Origin: TPA_inf: Saccharomyces
Taxonomy: Eukaryota
Assembly (NCBI GenBank): GCA_000146045.2
Contig: BK006936.2
Coordinates: 749,185 to 813,184 of the forward strand
Reading direction: 5' to 3'
DNA: 64,000 nucleotides
The translations under genes and the position numbers were made by a program. Below the pieces are notes generated by a model, which worked only from the letters and a program-made list of their open reading frames with translations, ran no database searches and was not told where the DNA came from. This document shows positions 22,055-33,406 of the stretch, in pieces. The stretch's first letter is position 1; each line of letters starts with the position of its first letter.

Positions 22055-24448
22055 ATGGTACAGAACAATGAATCGGTTTTTTTCGTTGAATGCGACTCTT
22101 ATAAGGAGAGCCCTTCCACTTCACCAATACGCTTGGACGACCTGGATGGAAATGACGCTGTGTCGGATCAGGGTTTAGCTTTCGACGGGGACGTAGGAAT
22201 TACATCACAAGCTCGAGTAAGAAATCCTCGAGCTCAAATCTTCGAGGATAGTAATACTGACGTAGTATTGCATTTGGATGATCTTGATATGGTCCCACTA
22301 AATACGAAGTTCGATATGCAGATGGAGATGGGTTCACCCATGGCGATGCCGGCAGAAACGCCACCTCCTGTCGAACCTTTAAAAACAAAAGATCTAGCAT
22401 ATTCATCCTTGGCTCACCTTCCTAGCTATTTCTTTGAGCAAACACATTTCCGCATAGACCGCAAATGCCTGTTGGAAATGTCTAAGTTAAGGCGAAATTA
22501 TCTAACTATAAGTAAACAAGATGCTTTGTCATGTCCGCAGCTTCATTCAAGAGTGGCTGGGGGTTATCTTAAACCTGTAAAAGAAAAATTATTTGGAATA
22601 CGTCACTTTCTTGATCTAGAGGAAAGTAATACTGTAAACCTCCTCCAGGATGGTAATTATATGACGGAATTGTTCAACAGTCAGATTAATATCCCCACTT
22701 TTAAAGAATTTAGGGAAGATTTTGAATGGTGCTTGAAAATTATAAGAGATAGAAGCCTATCAAGGTTTAGCGAAAAAAGATTACAATATCTTGTAAATAA
22801 GTTTCCAGTTTTTCAACACCTACATTCCAAGGAAGAAATGAGACAGAGCAAAAAGGTGCCACACAAGGATTTTTACAACTGTAGAAAGATTGATCTGAAT
22901 CTTCTGTTAAGCGGCTGTTTCTCACAGTGGCAATTGACTGAGTTTATTTGGACCAAGTTGAGAAAAGAACCGGACAGGGTTATCCATCAAGCTTTTAATG
23001 GTAGTCATATAACCTTGAGCCAATTATTCAAAGTGAATTTCGAGGAGACCGGTCAGTTCTTCAATGGGTTGAAAATTATTGACGATTCATTTTTGGAGTG
23101 GTATAAAGTTATTTATCTCGCAAAATATCATTTGGTTAACGATGAAATGGAAATACACACAGGCTCACACGGTAAGCAGCTTCGATACTATTTGATTGCG
23201 AAAACATTTTTGGAGTTTGATAACTATATTAATGGTGAATACTTAGCGGAACTACTGAAAACGTTTTTAATAAAACCGCAAGAGGAGTCGAAATATCAGT
23301 TATGTCAACTCTCCGTGGACTTCCAATTTTATCTGCATTACGATAATTCCGATGTGGACAATTGGTGGATGGTCTTTGCCAATTGGCTGAACCACTATAA
23401 TATATTTTCTAACAATATTCGCTGGAATATTCGCATTTCTAGAATTTATCCAGAACTGTATCATACTGGCAAGGTGAAGAATTTTCAGGAGTATTTAAAT
23501 CTAATCTTCAAACCACTTTTCAATGCCGAAAATTATCTACACAAGTCATTAGGACCTATTCTTTTGAAATTTCTTTCTCAAGTATCTTCGATTGATCTAT
23601 GTATTCAAGATACGGACAACTATATTTGGAAAAACTTCACAGCAGTTAGTTGCTTGCCAAAAGATTGGACATCTGGCGGTGATAATCCAACCATTTCACA
23701 ATATATGTATTACGTCTACGTCAACCTAACAAAATTGAACCATATCCGCCAAGCCCTTCATCAAAATACCTTCACTTTGAGAAGTTCATGTTCTCCCACC
23801 TCAATGAATCGAACTTCACAGTTTAGTAATACACTGAACTTCACAGAACATACGGAAGCTATTTTAAACAATTTCTTGCTCGCCTGTGGAGGGTTTCTAA
23901 ATGCAGAAAATCTCTGGAATGCACCACCATCACTGGTGTATCTTTTCTATCTAAGTCAAATTCCCATGGTTGTGGCGCCTTTGAATTCCATAGTAGATTC
24001 AAAGCCTACAATGCTGCAAGAACAAGCCCCGACGGGGCTTGTCCTAGAGCCCTCAAAGCCTTATAAGAAGAACCCTTTCATGAAGTTTTTTGAAATGGGG
24101 TTCAAGATATCGCTGAGCTCAGAATCTATCCTCTACAACAATTCGTATACGAAAGAACCCATTATAGAAGAGTATAGTGTAGCGGCTAGTATATACCGTT
24201 TACATTCAGCAGATTTATGCGAACTTCTAAGAAACAGTGTCATAACCAGTGGATTTTCAAGTACCCTAAAGAACAAATGGCTCGGCGTTTCCTTAGCCAG
24301 CCATGACTACTTCGTGGAAAACACTGGGTTTGTAGACAAGTGGTATGATTGTAAACCAAATACAAGTTTAGAGCATAACGTTCCGATCATCAGACGTCAA
24401 TATCGCAGTAGCACTCTCGCAGGGGAGTGGCGACTCATAATTGCGTGA
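22055..24448 (+). CDS. AMP-deaminase-like metallo-dependent hydrolase paralog, probably catalytically inactive, 797 aa
   Basis: ATG at 22055. AMP deaminase fold. The signature region reads SLSSESI (24109-24129) instead of S-L-[NGS]-[STA]-D-D-P. Corresponds to YBR284W. Confidence 0.85.
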   Translation: MVQNNESVFFVECDSYKESPSTSPIRLDDLDGNDAVSDQGLAFDGDVGITSQARVRNPRAQIFEDSNTDVVLHLDDLDMVPLNTKFDMQMEMGSPMAMPAETPPPVEPLKTKDLAYSSLAHLPSYFFEQTHFRIDRKCLLEMSKLRRNYLTISKQDALSCPQLHSRVAGGYLKPVKEKLFGIRHFLDLEESNTVNLLQDGNYMTELFNSQINIPTFKEFREDFEWCLKIIRDRSLSRFSEKRLQYLVNKFPVFQHLHSKEEMRQSKKVPHKDFYNCRKIDLNLLLSGCFSQWQLTEFIWTKLRKEPDRVIHQAFNGSHITLSQLFKVNFEETGQFFNGLKIIDDSFLEWYKVIYLAKYHLVNDEMEIHTGSHGKQLRYYLIAKTFLEFDNYINGEYLAELLKTFLIKPQEESKYQLCQLSVDFQFYLHYDNSDVDNWWMVFANWLNHYNIFSNNIRWNIRISRIYPELYHTGKVKNFQEYLNLIFKPLFNAENYLHKSLGPILLKFLSQVSSIDLCIQDTDNYIWKNFTAVSCLPKDWTSGGDNPTISQYMYYVYVNLTKLNHIRQALHQNTFTLRSSCSPTSMNRTSQFSNTLNFTEHTEAILNNFLLACGGFLNAENLWNAPPSLVYLFYLSQIPMVVAPLNSIVDSKPTMLQEQAPTGLVLEPSKPYKKNPFMKFFEMGFKISLSSESILYNNSYTKEPIIEEYSVAASIYRLHSADLCELLRNSVITSGFSSTLKNKWLGVSLASHDYFVENTGFVDKWYDCKPNTSLEHNVPIIRRQYRSSTLAGEWRLIIA

Positions 24449-24737
24449 ATTCGCTCATGTTTCTTCGAGGGGCGCATATTGTGACGCTAATATTATGTAC
24501 CGCCCTTCCCCACACACACAAAAAAAAAAGGTTAAGGATAAAGATAAGTAAACTAATGGAATATATAAACAAATAAGTAAGTAGATACTGTAAATAGAAC
24601 ACACGTTTTTTAATTTATTTTTTTTTTTACATATCTTAATTTAATATAAATCAAAAAGCCCAAGCCTCAAACAAGAGTCTTATCACTCCATTTATAACAT
24701 AACAATTCGAAATCTCTAAGCTCGCTTATAGTTGACA

Positions 24738-25172
24738 ATGACCATATTTTCTAGGTTCTCATATTTTGATAGTCTATTCTCCTTTAAAAAGCAAGAGCCT
24801 TCCCCCATTGAAATAATCTATTGCAATGAAAACAATGGTTTCATAAACATAAAATCCTTAGAAAGCCCCACTGACGATAGCATGGAGGCGGACATTTCAG
24901 ATAGAGAAATGGCTACAATCCTGACTAGAAACAGAAACAATTTGGGTAAGGTTGCCATTGATAAGAAAGGCGTTAATAATCATTGCATAGATTTGAATGA
25001 GCTGAAAAAGGGCCTTGTCGCCAATGAACACAAATTGGATAACGATAACTCAACACGGCACCAGAACACATATTCACCAGAGGATTCCGTGGAATTTGAT
25101 AGGTTCGATGATAAACAAAGCAGAATACTAAAGTGTAGCACTAGAAGGAGCTACTTGAGATACAAGAAATAA
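24738..25172 (+). CDS. Small protein of unknown function, 144 aa (YBR285W)
   Basis: Track ORF starts at a TTG (24732). The first ATG at 24738 gives 144 aa. No recognisable domain. Confidence 0.55.
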   Translation: MTIFSRFSYFDSLFSFKKQEPSPIEIIYCNENNGFINIKSLESPTDDSMEADISDREMATILTRNRNNLGKVAIDKKGVNNHCIDLNELKKGLVANEHKLDNDNSTRHQNTYSPEDSVEFDRFDDKQSRILKCSTRRSYLRYKK

Positions 25173-25515
25173 GACAATTGAGCTGCTTCATTATATATCT
25201 TGATATAATCACCTTTCTTATCGTCAGAAAGAGTGTTCTCTATGTTTTTGTGCTTCCATAAATATATAGTTCAAAAAGTAATATCATATACTATTAATAA
25301 TAAAAGTTATACTGAATATATTGATTAGTTCTATTAATTACTATTGACACACTTTGAATTCCCTTAAATTAACCCTCAGGAAGAAGGGGTCCTTAGGAAA
25401 ATTTTTCTTTTTTCAATATAAAAGCGAGGAACAATGGATGGGAACAAAACCATGTTCAGCCTTTCAACAATTGGTAGAAGAAGCCAAAAAAAAAAAAAAA
25501 ACAGAAACGCCAACC

Positions 25516-27129
25516 ATGCACTTTTCTTTGAAGCAATTGGCTGTCGCTGCGTTTTACGCTACCAATTTAGGCTCTGCCTATGTCATTCCTCAATTCTTCC
25601 AGGAAGCCTTTCAACAAGAAGAGCCAATTGAGAATTATCTTCCGCAATTAAACGACGATGATAGCTCTGCCGTTGCTGCCAACATTCCGAAGCCACATAT
25701 TCCTTACTTCATGAAACCACATGTAGAAAGTGAAAAATTGCAAGATAAAATCAAAGTTGACGATTTGAATGCTACTGCTTGGGACCTCTACCGTTTAGCT
25801 AACTATTCTACTCCTGACTACGGTCACCCTACCCGTGTGATCGGGTCCAAGGGTCATAACAAGACTATGGAATACATATTGAATGTTTTCGATGACATGC
25901 AGGACTACTATGATGTTTCTTTGCAAGAGTTCGAAGCTTTATCCGGTAAGATCATCTCTTTCAACCTCTCTGACGCCGAAACCGGTAAAAGCTTTGCTAA
26001 CACTACAGCTTTCGCACTTTCTCCACCTGTGGACGGGTTCGTAGGTAAGCTAGTCGAAATTCCTAACTTGGGATGTGAAGAGAAGGATTACGCCTCTGTA
26101 GTCCCACCAAGACACAACGAAAAGCAAATTGCCCTTATCGAAAGAGGTAAGTGTCCTTTTGGCGATAAGAGTAATTTGGCCGGTAAGTTCGGTTTCACCG
26201 CTGTGGTCATTTACGACAACGAACCTAAATCTAAAGAAGGACTACACGGTACATTAGGCGAACCTACCAAGCACACTGTCGCCACCGTCGGTGTTCCATA
26301 TAAAGTTGGTAAAAAATTGATTGCCAATATTGCATTGAACATCGATTATTCATTATATTTTGCCATGGACTCTTATGTAGAATTTATCAAGACCCAGAAC
26401 ATCATTGCCGACACAAAACACGGTGATCCTGATAATATTGTTGCCCTTGGTGCTCATTCAGACTCTGTTGAGGAGGGCCCAGGTATCAACGACGATGGTT
26501 CCGGTACTATTTCCCTATTGAACGTCGCTAAGCAATTGACCCATTTCAAGATCAATAACAAGGTCCGTTTTGCATGGTGGGCTGCTGAAGAAGAAGGTTT
26601 GCTAGGCTCTAACTTCTACGCTTATAACTTGACCAAAGAAGAAAACTCCAAGATCAGAGTATTTATGGACTATGACATGATGGCTTCTCCAAACTATGAA
26701 TACGAAATTTATGATGCGAACAACAAGGAGAACCCTAAGGGGTCTGAAGAGTTGAAAAACCTGTACGTAGACTACTACAAGGCTCATCACTTGAACTACA
26801 CTTTGGTCCCATTTGACGGTAGATCCGATTATGTCGGGTTTATCAACAACGGAATTCCAGCCGGTGGTATTGCCACTGGTGCCGAAAAGAATAACGTCAA
26901 CAACGGAAAGGTCTTAGACAGATGCTACCATCAATTATGTGATGATGTCTCTAACTTATCCTGGGACGCATTCATTACCAACACCAAGTTGATTGCTCAC
27001 TCTGTGGCCACCTATGCTGACTCTTTCGAGGGTTTCCCAAAAAGAGAAACCCAAAAGCACAAAGAGGTGGACATATTGAATGCTCAACAACCACAATTTA
27101 AGTACAGGGCCGACTTCTTGATTATTTAA
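25516..27129 (+). CDS. APE3: Vacuolar aminopeptidase Y precursor (M28 family), 537 aa
   Basis: ATG at 25516 begins a signal peptide (MHFSLKQLAVAAFYATNLGSA). PA domain and M28 zinc-peptidase motifs present. Length 537 aa matches YBR286W. The track ORF extends 54 codons further upstream through an A16 tract. Confidence 0.85.
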   Translation: MHFSLKQLAVAAFYATNLGSAYVIPQFFQEAFQQEEPIENYLPQLNDDDSSAVAANIPKPHIPYFMKPHVESEKLQDKIKVDDLNATAWDLYRLANYSTPDYGHPTRVIGSKGHNKTMEYILNVFDDMQDYYDVSLQEFEALSGKIISFNLSDAETGKSFANTTAFALSPPVDGFVGKLVEIPNLGCEEKDYASVVPPRHNEKQIALIERGKCPFGDKSNLAGKFGFTAVVIYDNEPKSKEGLHGTLGEPTKHTVATVGVPYKVGKKLIANIALNIDYSLYFAMDSYVEFIKTQNIIADTKHGDPDNIVALGAHSDSVEEGPGINDDGSGTISLLNVAKQLTHFKINNKVRFAWWAAEEEGLLGSNFYAYNLTKEENSKIRVFMDYDMMASPNYEYEIYDANNKENPKGSEELKNLYVDYYKAHHLNYTLVPFDGRSDYVGFINNGIPAGGIATGAEKNNVNNGKVLDRCYHQLCDDVSNLSWDAFITNTKLIAHSVATYADSFEGFPKRETQKHKEVDILNAQQPQFKYRADFLII

Positions 27130-27386
27130 GTGTACTGTTCACATCAAGTATTTCTGTATAATTATCTAAAAGAAAATAAAAACCCTCTTTTTTTTAACTG
27201 CACGTGCATCAAGGGGATCACAGCCTCCTTATCAAAGTGAAAAAAAGGTAGAAAAAAAAACTGAAATTGTGATATAAAAGTTTAAACAGGAAATTATTGT
27301 AAATTGAACAATATGTGTGAAGCCCGTTTTTGGTTTGTTATTCCCAACTAACCATACCCTCATAGATTACTCTGCATTTCTACTAT

Positions 27387-28670
27387 ATGGTTGAAACATT
27401 TAGTTTTGCTCATTTGGCTTATTTGGTCTTTGAGTCCGTTTTACAGGTAGTCATTATCGCACTCGCTGGTTTTTGGAGCGCTAGTTCTGGTCTGCTGCCC
27501 AAACAAAGTCAAAAAATCATTTCTCTGTTGAACGTGGACCTTTTTACACCATGTCTTATTTTTAGTAAGTTGGCCAAATCCCTGTCCATGGCCAAAATCT
27601 TTGAAATAGCCATCATTCCTATTTTTTTTGGTTTGACTACTGGTATTTCATTTATTTCCGGAAAGATAATGAGCCGTATCCTAGACTTGGATAAAGATGA
27701 AACTAATTTTGTGGTGGCAAACTCTGTCTTTGGTAACAGTAACTCTCTACCTGTGTCCTTGACATTATCTTTGGCTTACACTCTGCCCAACTTAACTTGG
27801 GACCAAATTCCTAATGATAACAGAGATAACGTTGCATCAAGGGGTATTTTATACTTGCTGATCTTTCAACAAATCGGACAAATGCTGAGGTGGAGCTGGG
27901 GTTACAATAAGCTAATGAAGTGGTCTGGAGAGAACACTCAGCATATGCCACCTTCTCAAGTGCAATCTTTGTTGGAAAGGACGCCCAACATTGATAACGA
28001 GGAACTTGTCAATGAGGAACAAGAGGAACAAGAATTGCTTGAAGAAGAAAATAACAGAATGAACTCATCTTTTTTGAGTTCGAGTTCCATCGGTGATAAG
28101 ATTTGGCAAAAATCATGCACTGTATTTGAGAGAATCAGAGCGAACCTTAATCCTCCGTTATATTCCATGATTTTTGCTGTTGTTGTGGCAGCAATTGGTC
28201 CGTTGCAGAGAGAGCTATTTATGGAAGATGGGTTTATCAATAACACATTTGCCGAGGCTGTTACGCAGCTGGGTTCAGTTTCTATCCCACTGATCCTGGT
28301 TGTCCTCGGTTCTAACTTATATCCTTCTGCGGAAGTCTTCCCTAAGACGGTTCACCATAGCAAGTTATTGATCGGCTCCATCATCGGAAGAATGATTTTA
28401 CCTTCTTGCTTCCTTTTGCCTATTATTGCTATTGCTGTTAAGTACATAAACGTGAGTATTTTGGACGATCCAATTTTCCTTGTTGTCGGTTTTCTTTTGA
28501 CTGTTTCCCCTCCTGCCATTCAATTAACTCAAATCACTCAACTGAATGAATTTTTCGAGGCAGAAATGGCCGATATTCTATTTTGGGGGTACGCTGTCTT
28601 AAGTTTGCCTGTAAGTATTATTGTTGTCTCAGGTGCAATTTACGTTTTACAGTGGGCTAACCCAACTTAA
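27387..28670 (+). CDS. Multi-pass membrane protein of the auxin-efflux-carrier-like family, unknown function, 427 aa (YBR287W)
   Basis: ATG at 27387. Hydrophobic halves separated by an acidic loop. Length matches. Confidence 0.8.
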   Translation: MVETFSFAHLAYLVFESVLQVVIIALAGFWSASSGLLPKQSQKIISLLNVDLFTPCLIFSKLAKSLSMAKIFEIAIIPIFFGLTTGISFISGKIMSRILDLDKDETNFVVANSVFGNSNSLPVSLTLSLAYTLPNLTWDQIPNDNRDNVASRGILYLLIFQQIGQMLRWSWGYNKLMKWSGENTQHMPPSQVQSLLERTPNIDNEELVNEEQEEQELLEEENNRMNSSFLSSSSIGDKIWQKSCTVFERIRANLNPPLYSMIFAVVVAAIGPLQRELFMEDGFINNTFAEAVTQLGSVSIPLILVVLGSNLYPSAEVFPKTVHHSKLLIGSIIGRMILPSCFLLPIIAIAVKYINVSILDDPIFLVVGFLLTVSPPAIQLTQITQLNEFFEAEMADILFWGYAVLSLPVSIIVVSGAIYVLQWANPT

Positions 28671-28827
28671 TACAACTTTTCATTCCTTTGTATAGAGTCT
28701 TCATGAATGAAAGTCTTATTCATTTTTTTTTTTTTTTAGCATAGTTTTATATTCCTTTTTTATTCCAAGACTTATATTCTCATTATATTCTATTTAGTTT
28801 CGCATGGAATTTCAAGTACACATATAA

Positions 28828-30279
28828 CTACAGCCTTACTTGAAAATTGCCTGTCTGGGTCTTATACTTTGCACCCTTGTACAGCTTTGTATTTTTGCCA
28901 ATTGTTAATCCAGATACAATATCGATGGCTTCTACATAGATTCCACTGGCCGATTGTCCTATGTAAGAATATTCTAAGGAGACTGTTTGTAAATCAACTT
29001 TTTTTGTAAAATTTGGCCCAGTATTTTCATACTCAATACAGCCACGTAGTACAGGTACCGTTCCAGTGGCAGTTGATTTATCAAAAATCCATTGTCCTTG
29101 ACCCATGATAATGCTATTTTCAAAACGGCCATGAGTATTGCGCAATATTTTTATCTTATATGCTATTTCATTTGGATCAGCATTCTCAACATTGAACTGT
29201 AAATCTATTTTTAGGTCATCAACTTGTGAAACTTTTTTGAAATTTTCAATATTTAAGGATAACTCAAATTCATCAGAATCTTTACCCAATCCATTTTGGA
29301 AGTGTAAAGACATCAAGCCAATAGAATTCATCCTTACTCCGGATTGCTTTACTTGAGAACTTAAATCGACGGAATACTCCAGCAATCTGAACTTCCCATC
29401 TGGTGGTATAAACGTTATATTAGAGGGAGAAAACACACCATCATTGATTTCAACACAGTCATGCAAACTGGGTATACCTATATCATTTCCCATAGTGTTT
29501 AATTTTACTGCAACTAGAGGATTATCATTCAAATAAGATCTCACGTCCACTATTCCATGGATACTTCCAGTGAGCAACCTTAGATGTGATTTTTTCTTTT
29601 CAAATACAACATGGAATGTTTCTAACAAATCCACATAAAGCTCATTATTCTCATGTTTGCTAGCCCTTGAAGTTCTCCAGGGAACAATCTCTTCATTTTC
29701 GATTAGTGAATTACTACCACGAGAAATCTGATTTTGTTGTAGCTGCTGTTGCCTTTGTTGTGGGAGTTGCACAGCCTGCTGTAAATTATGGGCTGTAGAA
29801 CTTATGAACTTCGATAAATCCGATCTTTCAGGAACAGCTTCTTTAATTTTATTAACATAGAGCATATCACTCACATTTGGTTCACCCGCTTCGACGCAAC
29901 AGTTAAAAATCAAACTGATTCTATCATAATTATTAACAATTTTCTTGATACTTAATTTATCCTTGTCAAAATATTCTAACAGGATACGATCTATAGTCTC
30001 TAAAAAGGTAAAACAATCAAGCGGGCCTTTTGACTTCGAAGTGGAGGCTAAGCACCAATAATTGAGCTTATTTATAACTGAGAAATACTTATAGACCTCT
30101 AAATCTCTTCCAACCATTGAATGGTCTAAATAATCATCACTACTGCTATCTTCGAGCAATTGAGGACATGTGGACTGAACGCGGGTCCACAGGTGCTTGA
30201 AGGAGGGAGCTGTTGCACCTAAAAGATACTGGAAAATAAGTTTGTTCTTTGTATCAGTGATATAGAATGACAAATACAT
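28828..30279 (-). CDS. APM3: AP-3 adaptor complex mu3 subunit, 483 aa
   Basis: ATG (complement 30277-30279). Adaptin mu-subunit-like protein at the YBR288C position. Confidence 0.8.
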   Translation of the reverse strand: MYLSFYITDTKNKLIFQYLLGATAPSFKHLWTRVQSTCPQLLEDSSSDDYLDHSMVGRDLEVYKYFSVINKLNYWCLASTSKSKGPLDCFTFLETIDRILLEYFDKDKLSIKKIVNNYDRISLIFNCCVEAGEPNVSDMLYVNKIKEAVPERSDLSKFISSTAHNLQQAVQLPQQRQQQLQQNQISRGSNSLIENEEIVPWRTSRASKHENNELYVDLLETFHVVFEKKKSHLRLLTGSIHGIVDVRSYLNDNPLVAVKLNTMGNDIGIPSLHDCVEINDGVFSPSNITFIPPDGKFRLLEYSVDLSSQVKQSGVRMNSIGLMSLHFQNGLGKDSDEFELSLNIENFKKVSQVDDLKIDLQFNVENADPNEIAYKIKILRNTHGRFENSIIMGQGQWIFDKSTATGTVPVLRGCIEYENTGPNFTKKVDLQTVSLEYSYIGQSASGIYVEAIDIVSGLTIGKNTKLYKGAKYKTQTGNFQVRL

Positions 30280-30482
30280 CTATTTTGGTTGGGTTGGTAA
30301 GGTTTACAGCCTCTGTTGTTGCCCAAGTCCTGTTATCGCCAACTTTAAATAAATCTCTTCTTGTTCTTTGACCAAAAATTTCATTTTTCGTCGCATTTAA
30401 AAGAAACTGAAATTTCAAACATAAACACCAAAACAAAGCATCATCAAGGGAACATATAGTAAAGAACTACACAAAAGCAACA

Positions 30483-31193
30483 ATGAATAATCAGCCGCAG
30501 GGTACCAACAGCGTTCCAAATAGTATTGGAAATATATTTAGCAACATTGGAACTCCATCTTTTAACATGGCGCAAATTCCGCAACAGCTGTATCAGAGCC
30601 TCACACCACAACAATTGCAGATGATTCAGCAACGACACCAACAGTTACTGAGGAGTCGTCTACAACAACAACAACAACAACAACAACAAACTTCACCGCC
30701 ACCGCAAACGCATCAATCTCCACCCCCTCCTCCGCAACAATCTCAACCCATTGCTAATCAATCAGCGACTTCTACCCCTCCTCCTCCTCCAGCACCACAC
30801 AACTTACATCCCCAAATTGGTCAAGTGCCCTTAGCTCCAGCGCCTATTAATTTGCCTCCACAAATTGCTCAGTTACCTTTGGCTACACAGCAACAAGTTT
30901 TGAACAAGTTGAGGCAGCAGGCCATAGCAAAAAATAATCCACAGGTTGTGAATGCAATTACTGTTGCACAACAACAAGTGCAACGCCAAATTGAGCAGCA
31001 AAAGGGACAGCAAACGGCACAAACTCAGCTAGAACAGCAGAGGCAATTGCTGGTTCAGCAGCAACAGCAGCAGCAACTTAGAAACCAAATACAGCGACAA
31101 CAGCAACAACAGTTTAGGCATCATGTGCAAATACAACAGCAGCAACAAAAGCAACAACAACAGCAGCAGCAGCATCAGCAACAACAACAACAA

Positions 31194-31246
<53 letters not shown>

Positions 31247-33200
31247 ACAACAACAACAACAGCAGCAGCAGCAGCAGCAGCAGCAAGGACAAATACCGCA
31301 ATCTCAGCAAGTTCCTCAAGTTAGATCCATGAGTGGACAACCTCCCACCAATGTTCAGCCAACTATTGGCCAACTTCCTCAACTTCCAAAATTAAACTTA
31401 CCCAAGTACCAAACTATTCAATACGATCCACCAGAAACCAAGCTACCATATCCAACCTATTGGTCAGACAAAAAAGCAGATACGGATACTTTGTTGTACG
31501 AACAAATTATCCAGCGTGATAAAATTAACAAATATTCGCTAATAAGAGAAACCAATGGTTACGATCCGTTTAGCATTTATGGATTTAGTAATAAAGAGTA
31601 TATTAGTAGACTGTGGCATACACTGAAGTATTATCAAGATTTGAAGAACACTAGAATGAAATCTATCACAAGCACTTCTCAGAAGATTCCTTCGGCAAGT
31701 ATTTGGGGAAATGGTTACTCAGGGTATGGTAATGGGATTACGAATACAACTACCAGAGTTATTCCACAAGTAGAAGTTGGAAATAGGAAGCATTACCTAG
31801 AGGATAAATTAAAAGTCTATAAACAGGCCATGAATGAGACATCGGAACAGTTAGTTCCCATAAGATTGGAGTTCGATCAAGATCGTGACAGATTCTTCCT
31901 CAGGGACACTTTGTTATGGAACAAAAATGACAAGCTTATTAAAATTGAAGACTTTGTGGACGACATGTTGCGAGATTACCGATTTGAGGACGCTACGAGA
32001 GAGCAACACATTGATACTATTTGTCAATCTATACAAGAGCAGATTCAGGAGTTTCAAGGAAATCCATATATAGAGTTGAATCAGGACCGTCTAGGCGGTG
32101 ATGACTTGAGAATTAGAATCAAGCTGGATATTGTCGTGGGACAAAACCAGTTAATCGATCAATTTGAGTGGGACATCTCTAATAGTGATAACTGTCCAGA
32201 AGAGTTTGCAGAGTCCATGTGTCAAGAATTAGAACTACCAGGTGAGTTTGTGACTGCCATTGCTCACTCCATAAGAGAGCAAGTTCATATGTATCATAAA
32301 TCACTGGCACTGTTAGGTTACAATTTTGATGGATCAGCGATAGAAGATGATGACATTAGAAGCAGAATGCTCCCAACGATTACTCTTGATGATGTTTATA
32401 GGCCTGCAGCGGAAAGCAAAATTTTTACTCCAAACCTATTACAGATTTCAGCTGCAGAGTTAGAGAGATTGGATAAAGATAAGGACAGAGACACAAGAAG
32501 GAAAAGAAGACAAGGTAGATCTAATAGACGTGGTATGCTCGCATTGTCCGGCACATCTGCAAGTAATACATCTATGAACGGCGTTCACAACACAGTAGCA
32601 GCAGGAAATGCTTCATCGTTGCCACCAGGAGAGATTTTACTGCCAGATATTGCAGATATTCCAAGAACTTTCAGGACTCCAGTACCTAGCACTTTAATGC
32701 CTGGTGGTGTTGACGTAGGCCCTTCTGTGGAATCGTACGAATTGAGAAACACAACCACTTATAAAAGCAGGCCAGATAGACCTAAGCCAGTTTCACCTCC
32801 TTGTTATATTATTGACCATATTCCGGGTCATTCGCTACTACTTTCTATTAAACTGCCTGGGAAAGTTAATACAAAAGAAGAGTTCGCAGCAGCGCCCAAT
32901 GACACAAGTAGTGGCACCAATGCAATGCTTCCGAGTCCAGAATCGCTGAAAACTAAGCTGAATAGTAACATTCGCGCTGGTGTGACGATACCTTCAATCC
33001 CAAACCCGATTGCCAATCACACTGTTACTAATTCACCCAATCCCACACTGCAGCCAGTAATCCCAGGTGGGGCAGCTAGTAAATCGGTACCTACACCTAG
33101 TCTTCCTATAGCACCTCCAGTAGCACCACATGATAGCGAAGCGACATTGTTGACTAATAGCAATAATGGTAGCAGTAACAATAACACACAGAATACATAG
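30483..33200 (+). CDS. SNF5: SWI/SNF chromatin-remodelling complex subunit (SNF5/INI1 family), 905 aa with long poly-glutamine tracts
   Basis: ATG at 30483. Gln/Pro-rich N-terminal region, conserved SNF5 repeat domain (residues ~450-700). Length matches YBR289W. Confidence 0.9.
31134..31286 (+). repeat. SNF5: CAG/CAA trinucleotide tract encoding poly-Gln, with an uninterrupted 37-Gln run at 31176-31286. A second (CAA)8 run lies at ~30661-30690.
   Basis: Read directly. Mixed CAG and CAA codons, interrupted by single AAG and CAT codons upstream of the long run. Confidence 0.9.
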
Positions 33201-33406
33201 AAAATATATACACATATATAAAATATACCGGAGATGTAAATAACCGTGGAAGAATTTGTATTATCATCGTGTTATACGATGCGGAGTCCCTTTGCGCCTA
33301 CTTTTTTTAGAAGAATAGTACATAACCTTTATAAAAATCTTCCAATTTAGATACATAAAAAGAGCATGAGAATAACAAGAACACGTAGTCTAGGAAACTA
33401 AGCGCT

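Noticed and set aside
31029-31382. 117-aa minus-strand ORF made almost entirely of Leu
   Set aside because: It is the antisense reading of the SNF5 CAG/CAA poly-Gln repeat, a frame artefact with no independent coding evidence.
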